Below are positions 13,280-26,714 of a DNA stretch of 64,000 nt, piece by piece. Where the stretch lies: positions 1 through 64,000 of the forward strand of contig NW_021832714.1 in assembly GCF_006345805.1 (NCBI RefSeq), read 5' to 3'. This DNA is from Octopus sinensis (lineage: Eukaryota). A model generated the notes under the pieces. That model worked only from the letters and a program-made list of their open reading frames with translations, had not been told where the DNA came from and ran no database searches. Every line of letters begins with the position of its first letter. Position 1 is the stretch's first letter. The position numbers were made by a program, and so were the translations under genes.

Positions 13280-13924
13280 TAGTAACAATAATAAGCCAGA
13301 GATGGAAATATTACAATGCATCGCTACGCGCGTTTCAACAAATCCCATGTTTCTGAAGATCATAGTCCGCATTCCCGGGATGATTACAGTGCAGTTTGTA
13401 GTATCCATGGACATCGGGTTGACCATGTTTATGTATTGATTTCTTTGGGTGAAATGGCATTAATGGATGTTTAACTCCGGGTACCCTCCATTAATGCTAT
13501 TTCGCCCGAAGAATTGCATAATTTGACCTCGGATACATGGAATGGTCTTCAGTTTATTATTTGTTTTTTCGAAATAAATAATATTTAGGCTGAGGTTAGG
13601 CTGGGGGTGGGGGTAGAGGTGGTGTATGTGGAATTTGAACTCAGAACGTAGCGGCAGACGAAATACCGCTAAGCATTTCACCCGGCGTGTTAACGTTTCT
13701 GTCAGCTCGCCGCCTTAAATGGGAGTAGCATTCAACACATTTAGTTGGTTTTGTCTCTACGTCTTTGAAACTTTAAGGAATGTGCAGTTAAGTTTCCTTT
13801 GCGTTTTGCTCAAATGCTAAACAGTACTCATTTGCGGTTACTATCTTCGATCCACTTCGATCCATTAACCCTTATTTCCCATCCATTACTGCTGTTGTTG
13901 TTGCTGCTGTTGCTGTTGCTGTTG

Positions 13925-14290
13925 AGCGAACGGTCTTCGTCCCAGAGCTCGCAAGATGAGAGAAGTCCGAAACGTGGTCCTTTGCTATTCGTAAGACCCG
14001 CAGAAGAGAAAGCAGGTCAACCCCCGACACCGAGAGCATCGACGGATGGATGAATGCGTATCCAGGCTCAGCGGTTGCGTAGGAAGTCGGGGACAAGAAA
14101 CAGGAAGAAAGATTGAGAGAAAGTTGGGGCGAAAGAGTACAACAGGGGTCTCCACCACCCCCTGCCGGAGCCTCGTGGGGCTTTAGGTGTTTTCGCCCAA
14201 TAAACACACACAACGCCCGGTATGGGAATCGAAACCGCAGTCCTCCGGCCGCGAGTCCGCTGCCCTAACCACTGGGCCATTGCGCCTCCA
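13925..14290 (-). mobile_element. tRNA(Arg)-like SINE, long-tail subfamily
   Basis: Near-identical to 44526-44895 in opposite orientation; head homologous to 75-365. Confidence 0.85.
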
Positions 14291-14345
14291 CTTGCTGTTG
14301 CTGCTGCTGCTGTTGCTGCTGCTGCTGTTGCTGCTGCTGCTGTTG

Positions 14346-14427
<82 letters not shown>

Positions 14428-14528
14428 GTTTTAATGAAAATGTCAACATTCGTCTCGTCCATTGAAGAGAATATTGGTTTAACAACACTGCAGGGTACAG
14501 CGATGTGTTGTTGTGTATGTGTGTGTTA

Positions 14529-14567
<39 letters not shown>

Positions 14568-14707
14568 AAGAGGGCGAGAGAAAGAAAGAAAGACATGCAC
14601 AGAGAGAAAGAGAGAGTGAGAAAGAGAGGTAGACATTGAAAGTATAAAATACATATATAAAAACAACTATCAAACATAGGTACACAGAGAGGTATGTTGC
14701 TATATGG

Positions 14708-14747
<40 letters not shown>

Positions 14748-15047
14748 AAACACATTCAAACACATACACACCTACGCACACGAAAGCACATTGTCACACA
14801 GACACACGCACATTCCCACAAATATACAAACACACACACATATATTCACACATATTCACACAAACTAAACACGGATATATACATACATATACACACACGA
14901 AATCCCTTACGTACAGGTGCGTAGAAGTAAGGATCACGTTGACAGTTATTGAGGATTTTTTTAGAAACGAGAAATATTGGGGTCGGATAGTGGTGGGTAG
15001 TCGCGGCAGGTGTGGTCATGTCGTTGAGCGATGGTGGTAGGAGTGGA

Positions 15048-15081
<34 letters not shown>

Positions 15082-15517
15082 GTATAGTAGTGGTGGTGGT
15101 GGTGGTGGTAGTAGTAGTGATGGATGTGGCTGTAAGAATGGTGGTAGTGTTGTAGGGTAGGGTGGTGATGTGGCCCGGTGATGTTAATGATACAGGTGTG
15201 GAAGTGATGGGGATGGTGGAGTGGTGGTTATAGTGTAGTATAGTGTAGTGTTGTTATGATTGTGGTTGTGATGGTATTCAACTGACTGAACGAAATCTAA
15301 TCCAATCCAACACACCACTTCCTCTTCTTCTCCCTCTATCGCTCCCTCCTCTCCCACATCTAAACATGATATGAATTAACTAAAGGGGTTTAGAAGGGAA
15401 CAAAACGGACCCTATATTGTTTGTTTATATAAATGCTTGTTTGTTGTTGTTTAGCTGCATGTCGGTCACAGCCGGTCCCCCCCCCCCACCACTATAAATG
15501 TTGTCCCTTTAAATCAG

Positions 15518-15702
15518 AATTGATATGGTTGGTGTAAATTTATACAACGGGGAGGAGGTCGAAGACTGTGCGACTGCTTGCTTAATCCTTACAAGGTGGT
15601 GTCCTTCACTTCAACAAAAGATATTTGCCCAAATGTTTATATTTAAGAGATGTTCCAGATTTGGAATTTAGTAAACCCGTGCAGTTCTTAAAGCTAAAAT
15701 GA
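15518..15702 (+). pseudogene. Candidate exon encoding a PAN/apple-like cysteine pattern, frameshifted
   Basis: Acceptor TTGTCCCTTTAAATCAG at 15517. IDMVGVNLYNGEEVEDCATACLILTRWC; a one-base shift near 15603 continues LHFNKRYLPKCLYLRDVPDLEFSKPVQFLKLK*. Spacing C-x3-C-x6-C-x10-C resembles PAN domains. Inference only. Confidence 0.3.
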
Positions 15703-16623
15703 ATGTGGGATCTTTCGGTAGCACAAAACCAGCATCGTTTTTTATTTATTACCTATTTCTTTATTACCCACAAGGGGCTAAACATAGAGAGGACAAACAA
15801 GGACAGACATAGGTATTAAGTCGATTATATCGACCCCAGTACGTAACTGGTACTTAATTTATCGACCCCGAAAGGATGAAAGGCAAAGTCGACCTCGGCG
15901 GAATTTGAACTCACAATGTAACGGCAGACGAAATACCGCTACGCATTTCGCCGGGCGTGCTAACGTTTCTGCCAGATCGCCACCTTATTTATTACCATGT
16001 GGCGTAAACCGCTCCACGATGCTTCATTTGATTTGAACTCTGATTCGAACGCTATTCATATTAATCCTCATCTGAACAGACAAAAGGATGCAACTCTAGA
16101 TTTTCATTTTTCTTGCACTTTATTCCCGGTTCACTTTTTGCCTTTGCTTTCTTCTCGTCCTTTCTTATGTCTTCACAAAGATCAACCTTCTTTCTCGTTT
16201 TATCGATTTTTTATTTCAGAAAAGCCCAGTCATGCTAGTAATCAATTACCTTAAACTTGAAGTCATTAAGTCTTTAAACATTATTTTCCTTGGTTTAGTC
16301 TTTCGACTGTCGCCATGATGGCGTATCACCTTCAAAAATTTAATTGATCATACTGACCTCAGTACGTATTTCAATCTGGCATTTATTCTATAGAACTCTG
16401 GGGTGCATTACTGGTATCAAATAATATTTATTTCTCATTGGATGGATGGTGTGGGTGTATGGGTGTGTATGTTTCTTTGTGCTTGTTTGTCACCCTTTCG
16501 CTTGACAACCGGTGTTGGTAGGTGTCACATATATTACACACACACAGATATATTGCATATATTAAATAATATGTGTATATGTATGCCTCCTTCTCTTTCT
16601 CTCTTCCCCTCTCTCTCTCTCTC

Positions 16624-16664
<41 letters not shown>

Positions 16665-17093
16665 ATTTGTCTCTCTTTCTGTGTCTGTCTGTCTCTCGCT
16701 ACACACACTCACACACACACACACACACACACACACCATACATACATATTTCTTTTACTTGTTTCAGTCGTTTGACTGCGGCCATGCTGGAGCACCGCCT
16801 TAAAGGTTTTGGTACTTATTCTATCAAGTTACGGGGATATAAACCCACCAACATCGGCTATGAAGCGATGGCGGGTGGACAAACACACACACACACACAC
16901 ATGACGGTCCTGTATCAGTTTTCGCCTACCAAATCCACTCACAAGGCTTGGTCGGTCCGAGGCTATAGTAGAAGACACTTGCTGAAGTTTCCATGCAGTG
17001 GGACTGAACCCGGAACCGTGTGGTTGGGAAGGAAGCTTCTTACCACACAACCACTCCTGCGCCAATATATAATTATACATGTACGTATGTATG

Positions 17094-17790
17094 TATTGGG
17101 TCATCCAATGAATAATGCTGCTTTTTCAATTGCTTGAACTAAATATCGGAGGAGGACAGAATAAACTACCTGCATCAACGTGCTATAAAAGCAGGTGGTA
17201 ATTTTACCTTGTCCTTATTCTTAGTTCAAATTTTGAAGAGTACAGTTCAATTTTAACAGTTATTTTTTCAAAGATATAATGGAAGTGATAAAGGAGCAAT
17301 TGGGCGTATTTTGCTTTATGAGTTCAATAAAGGCAACAATGCAACGGAAAGTGCGAGGATTATTAATGCAGTATATGGGGTTCGGACAATAAGCATTAGC
17401 CAGTGTCAACGGTTGTTCCAGAAATTCCGAGCCGGAAACTACAGCATAGAAGACGAGCCTCGTCCTGGAAGATCTGTAGAGCTCGAAGAGTTCGTCTTAC
17501 AAAGCCTGGTGGAACAAAATCCCATCGTAACTGTTTTGAGGAACTAGCAGAGCAGCTTAGATTTGGTCATTCAACCATTCATCGACACCTGCATGCCACC
17601 AGAAAAGTCAGCAAATTTGGTCAATGGGTTTCTCACAAACTTTTCCGAGTCTAGTTGCGCGGAGAGAGTGAATGTGTGCTCTTCTTTGTTGTCACGTCTC
17701 ACGAATGAACTTGTTTTGGACCGATTAGTGACTGGTGACGAGAAATGGGTTCTCTACAAAAATGTCAAGTGCCGGAGACAGTGAGTGAGA
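17094..17790 (+). mobile_element. Mariner transposon, 5' half, degenerate
   Basis: TA then TIR-like TTGGGTCATCC. MEVIKEQLGRILLYEFNKGNNATESAR...EDEPRPGR...GQWVSHKL...RLVTGDEKWVLYKN with frameshifts; truncated after the first catalytic Asp. Confidence 0.9.
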
Positions 17791-18150
17791 ACTAGTATTT
17801 TTGCTTATGTAAATAAATAAATAAAAATATATATAATCATCCAATATTCTGGCAACTTCCGATGGATATTATTCTAAATGGTTATAGAGTGCATGCTGCA
17901 CAGAATCTCATAAATAAAAATGAAAATAAATACAAATAACTATCTCACCACACCTATAGCTTGATCCTCACTATTTTCCTCTACTACTCTCCAAATTATA
18001 GTTGGCTTAATAAGATATGCACTGGTCTCTAAATTCAATCTCTAAATTCAATATAACATAAGGAAACAACGTAATTATTTGGGTTTCTAGTGCTGATATA
18101 ACTTTGTTAAAAATGGTTTATCCTTTATTTTGGAAATCTATATAGTCATC

Positions 18151-18237
18151 TGCCCCTGAGGAGAGTAGTGTCTTTTAAATTGATGTAATGTTTTCATTGA
18201 TCGATTAAATGGAGCCGCTCGAAACGGCCGTATTGCA
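18151..18237 (+). ncRNA. Hammerhead motif with long stem II insertion, in a PLE-like repeat (about 17960-18350)
   Basis: CUGAGGA-GAG...about 52-nt insert with hairpin...CUC-GAAA-CGGCCG-UA-UUGCA. Palindrome ACGGCCGU; stem I only partly paired. Confidence 0.55.
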
Positions 18238-18369
18238 TTAACACCTGGACATCCTTTTTACTTATTTACATTTTGTTCGCCTAAATTCGAGCTGCGCGGT
18301 CTATACTGAACTGGCTTGGTGCCTCAATTTCTAATTCAACTGAATCTTAATTATATATGTATGTGTATG

Positions 18370-18400
<31 letters not shown>

Positions 18401-18475
18401 TGTGTATATATATGTGTGTATATATTATATATAGGTATATATATATATGTAAATATATATAATGTGTGTGTGTGT

Positions 18476-18520
<45 letters not shown>

Positions 18521-18614
18521 AATATATACAAATATATAAATATACATATTTATACGTACTTATATATGTATACATGTATACATATATATATGTGTATGTG
18601 TGTGTGTGTGTATG

Positions 18615-18669
<55 letters not shown>

Positions 18670-18942
18670 ACACGCTGAAACTTTTATTGGCATTCTTATG
18701 TATATTAAAGCATAAAATACCATAAATGTTTCCCTGCGTTCCTTATTACACGACGCGGCTTGGACTCTCCACTTTGGCCCATCCTTTCGTACGAGGTTTG
18801 AAGTCTTAGTATATAGGATACAGGAATTTAACGTAGAACCAATTACCGTGCCCTGAACTCACTTGCAACACACACACATACGCATACACCCCACCCCACC
18901 CACACACCCATGTATATACATATACACAGATTTCTATCTACA

Positions 18943-19031
<89 letters not shown>

Positions 19032-20189
19032 GTCTGTCTGTCTGTCTGTCTGTATATCTGTCTGTTTGTCTCTCTATCTGGCCATCTCTCTCTCTCTCTC
19101 TCTCACTGACTCTCTCTCTCTCCCTCGCTCCCTCTCTCTCATATATCTCCTATATAAAATAGACCTGTGTGTGTATTCGCTTTTCCTGCAAAAACGGCTG
19201 CGCAAATTGCTCCCATACTTGGGATGCATGAATAATTTGACCTTGGTTACATTGAAGGCTCTTCAGTTTATTTTTTTTAGAAATAAATAATAATAATGAG
19301 GTTAGGCTGAGGGTGGGGGTAGAGGTGGGGTATGTAGGTAGGCAGACAGGTGGGGTAGGATGCGAAGGATAGGGAAGGTGGGGTTGGAATGTGTAGGGGT
19401 GCGGTGAGGTTACGAGGGAGGGGGAAGGAGAAGGTGGGTAGGAGTGAAGAGAACAGAGAAGGAAAGTAGGTGTTAAGAGAAGTAGGAGTCGGAGCAAGAG
19501 AGGAGAGGTGGGTGAGAGGAAGTAAGTTTGAGCGGGAGAGAGGCGAGGGGAGGAGGTTTGATGAAGAAGGGATGAGAGTTGAGCCCATGTGGCGTAAAGG
19601 AGAGAAGATAGAAGATTAATCCTTGTTCACGGCGCAAACGGGAGTTCGAATGGCCCCTTCAATTTTAACTATCCCGAATTTTAATTTCGCTCCTCATTGT
19701 ATCTTTTACTTTGCTTCAAACACCATTTCAGACTTTCTCCAATACTTTTACCTATACACGCATATTTTAACGGTTTTATACTTCCATCCGGGAATTTTTT
19801 AAAATCTACTAATTTACACATATATATTTTTGATATATTTATTCATTTGTAGATTTAAAAAAAAAATATCTGTGCATTTATATATTTTTATTCTATCATG
19901 TACACTTGTCTTTTAAATCTATGTCTAATCGGAGTCATGTTGGCGGATTGAATTACCAGGTCTTTTGTTTCTTCACATTACATATTTACACACACACACG
20001 CGCGCACACACACACACGATGTAAGAACTTACATCGTTGGTGATGTCCTGTACTTGATGTGTATGAATACACATTATTTCGTTGATATTTTATCGTTGGA
20101 ACTTTATATATTTGCCTTACATATTGTTTTCGTATATTTTTGTCTTGCTTGGTAATACTATAAACACACAATCCATATATCACACTGTC

Positions 20190-20249
20190 CATAATCTCAG
20201 CTGCTTGTATTCGCGATCGTATTCTTTTGGTTATTACCCAATCTATATA

Positions 20250-20297
<48 letters not shown>

Positions 20298-21522
20298 ATG
20301 ATTCGGAATGGTCATTTTGCCAGTTTAGCCAATACAAAACACACGCACTATATATTTGGTGTTACTTGCTTCAGTGTTATTTATTTTTTACATTAATCTT
20401 AATCTTATTTCGGCCAGAGTTCTTTCGTCACACTCCTGTGACCGCATCAGTGGTCCTTGTTTTTTCTTTCTTATTTGTGTCTCCTTACTAACCGTCAGCC
20501 ATTTTGTATTTCTATTGTATGTCTTCATTTGCGCATGCTTATATCTCTATGTGCGTCTATGTTTATTTAGTGTGTGTGTGGGGGGGATGCCTGTAATATT
20601 TGTATCTTCTGTTTATATACGTTCATGTAATTTGTTTTTGTTGTTGTTTTTTGTTTTCTTATTTTGTTCATGTGTTACATCCCTTTATTATTATCCTTAC
20701 ATATGCTTGTATGTATGTTTGTATAACAACAATACTAGTAATAATAATAATAAAAAAATATATATATAGTTATTTATTTCTATTTGTTTATTTATCTGTG
20801 TATTTATTATGTTTTCGGGATCCTCTACCGTCATATGTTGTGGTGTGTGCTATTGTTCCATTCTAGTTTTCTATTCAGGCTAGGTTTATTTTCTATTATG
20901 TGTGTAGCTTCTGTAATTTGTCTGATTGTTGCATCTGTTCTATGTGTGGACAATATTTTAATTTCTATGTTGTTGATTAATCCCCCGTGTTCCTGTTCGG
21001 CGTGTTGGTACAGAATGGATGAGCTTTTACCTTCCTTAAGTTGTCTCCAATGTTCATTTACCCGCTCTCCTATGCTTCTTGCCGTTTCCCTAACGTATGT
21101 TGTTGTCTTGTTACTGCATCATCCCTCTATACATCTTATACTATAGACTACATTTCTGGCTTTACAGTTTGTTTGTGGGCTAAATCTACATACAGTACAG
21201 TACTTATCAGTACAGGGGGTTCTACTAAAAGGATAGGTTCTACCAATTATAGATTTGATAGGGTTGCCTGGCTTTTCAACAACCTTAATCCTTAGCTTAA
21301 GTTTGTCTGGGGTCCTTCTAAAGCGGTACGCCAGTTCACCTCCAGGGGTGGTGTCAACGAACATGACACTCTGGTATTTATAGCTATCATACCAAGAGTT
21401 GGCCGAAATAAGATTAAGATTAATGTAAAAAATAAATAACACTGAAGCAAAGTAACACCAAATATATAGTGCGTGTGTTTTTATTGGTTAAACTGGCAAA
21501 ATGACCATTCCGAAATATAACA
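20190..21522 (-). mobile_element. 5'-truncated Penelope-like element with inverted terminal segment
   Basis: GIY-YIG fragment about 20850-21399: CTVCRFSPQTNCKARNVVYSIRC...YVRETARSIGERVNEH...RQITEA. Segment 20294-20415 is repeated inverted at 21400-21522. Confidence 0.85.
20411..20456 (-). ncRNA. Decayed hammerhead ribozyme in the PLE 3' region
   Basis: GGACCA-CUGAUGC-G-GUCACA GGAG UGUGAC-GAAA-GAAC-UC-UGGCC. A9C change and imperfect stems I and III. Confidence 0.6.
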
Positions 21523-21579
21523 ATATCTGTTTCAACACACGACTTCACATAAAAAATCTTGCACACACAGCATATAAAC

Positions 21580-21641
<62 letters not shown>

Positions 21642-21661
21642 TATATCTTTATATCATATAT

Positions 21662-21899
21662 AATTGCACCGTGGAAGGTGTTTAAAAGCCATTTAAAAAC
21701 ACAAAAACCTTTAGATTCACTTCAACATTTAAATTTAATTTGTCAAGATATTTAGATCGCTTTGAAACCGTGACCTGTTCACTGAGAAAATTCCGTGCTG
21801 CACGAAAATATTTTGACAAATTAAATTTAAATGTTGAATTGAATCTAATGGTTTTTATGTTTTTAAATGGTTTCTAAACACCTTCCACATGCTGCAATT
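21662..21899. repeat. Fold-back inverted repeat / MITE-like
   Basis: GTGGAAGGTGTTTAAAAGCCATTTAAAAAC...TGTCAAGATATTT versus AAATATTTTGACA...AAACACCTTCCAC; arms about 85-90 bp, loop about 50 nt. Confidence 0.85.
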
Positions 21900-22061
21900 G
21901 TTTTTGCTTCAGCACATGATCTCAGATCACTTGCTATGCAAGTACATTTCCGTAAATATATATATAAGAGAGAAGATGAATCCCTGTTCACGGCACAAAC
22001 GGGAGTCCAGATGGCCTCTGTGCAAGGACAATCCGAACACGGACAGGTTTTGCAATAAGTG

Positions 22062-22108
<47 letters not shown>

Positions 22109-22110
<2 letters not shown>

Positions 22111-22415
22111 ATTCATAAATAAGGGCAAACGAAAAAATGTCTAATGCCAAATATGCCGAAAAATTGGACATATTGTCCATTAACCATATAATTTTTTCAC
22201 AATACGCACGCTAATCGAAAAAAGGTCGACAGAGAATTTCAAAAAAATTCCATTATTACCATATGGTAATAATGGAATTTTTTTGAAATTTCTGTCCAAC
22301 ATTTTTCGAGTAGCGTGCGTATTGTGAAAAAATTATATGGTTAATGGACAATATGTCCAATTTTTCGGCATATTTGGCATTAGACATTTTTTCGTTTGCC
22401 CTTATTTATGAATTG
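22109..22415. repeat. Loopless near-perfect palindrome, 307 bp
   Basis: Centre TTACCAT|ATGGTAA at 22262/22263; arms of 154 and 153 bp with a small mismatch patch; begins directly after (TA)n. Confidence 0.95.
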
Positions 22416-22524
22416 TTTATAATTTTAACCTTTAAAGGTATTTTTTAATATGCTGGCCATTGATAAAATTCTTTTTGGAAAAGAATTTTTTTCGAAAAAA
22501 AGTTTATCCTATATTAGATATATA

Positions 22525-22630
<106 letters not shown>

Positions 22631-22839
22631 CCGGAGCTGTGATCTCTTAATTCGAAGAAGTGGATCCACCTGGAGAACCTCTTGACCTCCAAGCTACACA
22701 CACTGTTGAGTAACGTTACTCGAAAGGACCCTTCGGAGGAACCCCATCTCGGCTGCTTGTATTCGCGATCGTATTCTTTTGGTTATTACCCAAGATTCAT
22801 GACAATAGGTAAGGGTAGGTATGAACATCAAATTGAAGA

Positions 22840-23600
22840 TAGCCAGTTTGACTTCCCCTGACGGCCAAATACTTAAGCCAGTGTATAACCGTACTTAGTT
22901 CAGGCTATTGCCGTCCATCACTCGTGAAAACGGCTCACATGTAGAGTGCATTGCGCCGGCTTCCTTGAAAGGACGAGTGGCTCAGTCTTCGCAGCACTGA
23001 TTTTGTTTCCCTGTCAAGCAGCACTCGGCAGGAAACCTCTCAAGTGGATGTCAGAAATTACCTTCCGACAAGTTGAACAGTATTATGTTGTCTAGAAATT
23101 CTAACTGACTGATCCTACAACCGCAGGTCTCGAAACCACTTCCAACTCAGCTGTGTTTGTCAATCCTGCCTATAACGATTATGAACAAGAGAGTTAACAG
23201 TACGGCATCCACATCAGATGGTTTCGCTTCACACTATTTATCGGAGCATAAATACTAGGGTATTCATATAAGGATTTCAAGACAAGTTGTTCATCGTGTC
23301 GATGGAGCTGAACCTTCAAGTTTTGTGGCTGGTCAGGCTCGATCTACCAATTAGGACATAATCGAAGAGATCAATGGACATGTTGAGATTGAACACCTAA
23401 CATGGAAAAGCGTGATTGGAAGGAACGGCGATCTCGATCTAAATACGAATGGTAAGGCTTTACTAGATTTCTGTTCTAGAAAAGGGCTCTCTATTTGGAA
23501 CCCTTTTTTTTTCCAGCACAAAGACATCCATAAATATACATGGTATGGAGGAGATCGGGGACTGAGATCATTCATTGATTTTGTTAATGGCTCTGATCTC
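22840..23600 (+). mobile_element. RTE LINE 5' remnant (5' UTR plus APE endonuclease fragment)
   Basis: WKSVIGRNGDLDLNTNGKALLDFCSRKGLSIWNPFF.HKDIHKYTWY...RSFIDFV at about 23400-23590. Upstream GTTTGACTTCCCCTG-ACGG and GCATTGCGCCGGCTTCC resemble recalled RTE 5' UTR motifs. Confidence 0.7.
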
Positions 23601-25105
23601 TTCGATTCTCTGCTCGATGTTCAATTCTGTGACTTATTTTCGTTGTCTAATTTCTGTGTGTGTGTGTGTGTAAATATATGTACATCAAAGCAGAAACCGG
23701 TCACCGTGTCGAAAGCGGGGACTGAACCAACGATCTTTAGATCTTTAGAATATGTGTGTGACGCTCTTTCAATTTGCTTTATTAACAGACCCCCCCCCCC
23801 AACCATTCATCAACCAAATGCACTTTAACATTTTTGCTATTGTGTTGCCCTTGTGGCAAATATAGAACTCATCACCAGCAACATCATCGCGACTACCATC
23901 ACCACCACCATCGTCATCATACCACCATCTCCACCACAACCACAACCACCGTCACTATCAATATCATCGCCGTTGTCATCACCACCACCACCACCACCAC
24001 CATAATCACCATCACCGCCATCGTCACCACCATAATAATCATCATCATCATCGTAATCACGTTCCACAATATAATTGCTAATTATAGACCATTAGCGCAC
24101 TACTGGACGTCTCAATAATTGATTCCTGTGTTGAGAGTCAGCTGCTATTTTCGGTCCATGTGGCACCGGAGGGCAGAAAGCGGAGGAAAGAAGAAGAAGA
24201 AAAAAGAGCTTGATTCACTGCATCTTTGTTGATGTTGTTGTTGTTGTTCTCCTCTTCCTTCTTTGCATTCTTCTTGCTGTTGAAGTCCCAATCTTCCATA
24301 TCATTGTCATTTATTGATAGCAGCTCAAAGAAGGAATAGAATGTCTTTTTTCTTTTTTCGTTATATAGCATCATGAAGACGATGATGATGATAATGATGA
24401 TGATGATGATGATGATCACGGTGGTGCTGGCAATGGAAGTGCCGACGGTCTAAGTGTGGATGATGATGATGATGATGATGATGACGGTGATGACGACTAT
24501 GAAGATGATGAAGACGTTGAAGACGACGCTAATGATAATGACGAAGATGATTAAGACGATGATGGAGACGTTGATAATGACGAGGATGGTGGTGGCGATC
24601 GTGACGACGACGACGACGACGAAGACGATGTCGAAGAAAATGATGATGATGGTTATGGGTCGGAGGAAGAGGTAGGGATGAAGATAAGTGAATAAATACC
24701 ATTGCAAAAACGATTCTAAGTTTTTAAAATAATTTATCGTTATTGCTGATGTCGTTGTTGTTGTTGCTGTTTGTGTTGGTGTTGTCTCTGTTATTGTTTT
24801 CACTGTTGTTGTTGTTGTTGTTGTTGTTTTGTTGTCTTCTTTGTTATTGATGAAGCTGTTGTTGTTTCGAGGTATTTTCTAGTTACCAAAATAACTGCAA
24901 TTTTAATCTTAATTCCTAAAGTACATTTGGCGTACGTACCTCTACCTCTGTGTGTGTGTGTGTGTGAGTGTGTAAGTGTGCACGCATGTATGCCTTCATA
25001 TATCTACTTGTATCTATGAATGTACATATGAATATAAGTAAATGTACGCATGAAAGTGTGTATGTATTTGCGTATGTAAGATGTACATACGTGTATAAGC
25101 GTGTG

Positions 25106-25177
<72 letters not shown>

Positions 25178-25240
25178 ATATATATATATGCGTCTGTAAG
25201 TGTGTAAATGTGTGAATGTTGAACGCATTCAGACATGTGA

Positions 25241-25291
<51 letters not shown>

Positions 25292-25536
25292 TGTGCGAAA
25301 AGTCAACAAAAACGTACAAAAAAACATAAAGATGATGTAAATTATTTCAGTATTTTCTTCTTTATTATTATTTTCTTTTCTTTGTACTTTTTGTTTTGTA
25401 GTAGAACTCTTTTGTACAGGAAATTTGGTTTAGTCGATCTTTCTGTCTCTCATTCTTTAACTTTTTCTTTTACACGCAGAGAAAGGGAAGAATGGCTGTT
25501 ATTATTGTATTTTTATCTACTTTACATTGTTGTTGT

Positions 25537-25567
<31 letters not shown>

Positions 25568-26487
25568 ATTATTATTATTATTATTATTATAACCATTATT
25601 TATTATAATAACTATTATCAGCACAACAGAAATTACAACTTTTGGCAATGAGAAAATGAGAACAGTCTTAAAAAACATAATGTGATTTACAGATACTGTA
25701 TACGTGCAGTTATGTGTGTATGTGTGTGTGCATTTGTGTGTTTGTGTGAGTGTGAGTGTATGTATCTGTGTATGTGAGCGTGTATGCTTAAAAGAGTGAG
25801 GAAATGATACAGCCAAGCTCATGCATACACACACATACACACATACACACGTACACACGTATGTGAATGATCTAAGCTGTGCATTTATTTAAAATTGATC
25901 AGCCGCTAAACTGTATAATGTTCTGAAAATGTGAGTTAACACTTCCACAACTCTAATCATATAACAATTACCTTTAACTTTATACTGACCACCTACACGT
26001 ACACACACACGCATGCACACATACACACGCACACATATACACACTCACACACACGCACGCATGCACGCACGTATGCACGCACGCACACACGCACTTTCAT
26101 ATATATGCCCGCTCAAATGGACAATGGTACAAACAATATTACATTTAGCTGATGGAAAACACCTTTAAGGTCCGTTTCACACACCTTGTGTACATATTCA
26201 GGCACTGGAAGACTCTACTGTTAGAATACGTATGACCGTTTCCGTTAAAGGAAAATGGATACGGAAACATTCCTAAAATAGCCCTCTTCTCTAAGGTAAA
26301 AACATATCTGTCGTGACTCTACATTGAAATTTTCGTTTACTCGAAAGAATAAATTCTCACCTTGGCAGCTTCTCACTCTGAACGAAAGGATGAAGAGACC
26401 TTCTCTAATCTGAATGCAATGAAGCTTTTCCCAGCAACTTTTGGAACACATTCCTTTCAAACTCAGAGTAGATATAAAATTCCATAA

Positions 26488-26579
<92 letters not shown>

Positions 26580-26658
26580 CTCTATCTATCTATCTATCTA
26601 TCTATGTCATCATCTCATTAATATATACTATTCTCATTTCCCCCGTTTTTCCCTATTT

Positions 26659-26714
26659 GTCTCGGATGACAGAATATCCCATACTCAGGGATATCCCGGA
26701 AACAGCTGTAAGAC
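26659..26714 (+). ncRNA. Hammerhead variant (core CGGAUGA), homologous to 2419-2473
   Basis: GUCU-CGGAUGA-...AUAUCCC/GGGAUAU...-GAAA-CAGCUG-UA-AGAC. Same stems I and III as 2419, different but still paired stem II. Confidence 0.6.

Noticed and set aside
13285-13460. GC-balanced stretch with several short open frames
   Set aside because: No recognisable domain in any frame and no convincing splice pair.
15700-15702. TGA as selenocysteine in the PAN-like exon
   Set aside because: No SECIS recognised downstream (a SINE follows), and the reading already requires a frameshift.
13490-19330. CUGAAGA-hairpin motif on the minus strand of a repeat at about 13546 and 19260
   Set aside because: The hairpin is followed by UCAAA and not GAAA in both copies, and stem I is absent; treated as an unclassified repeat.
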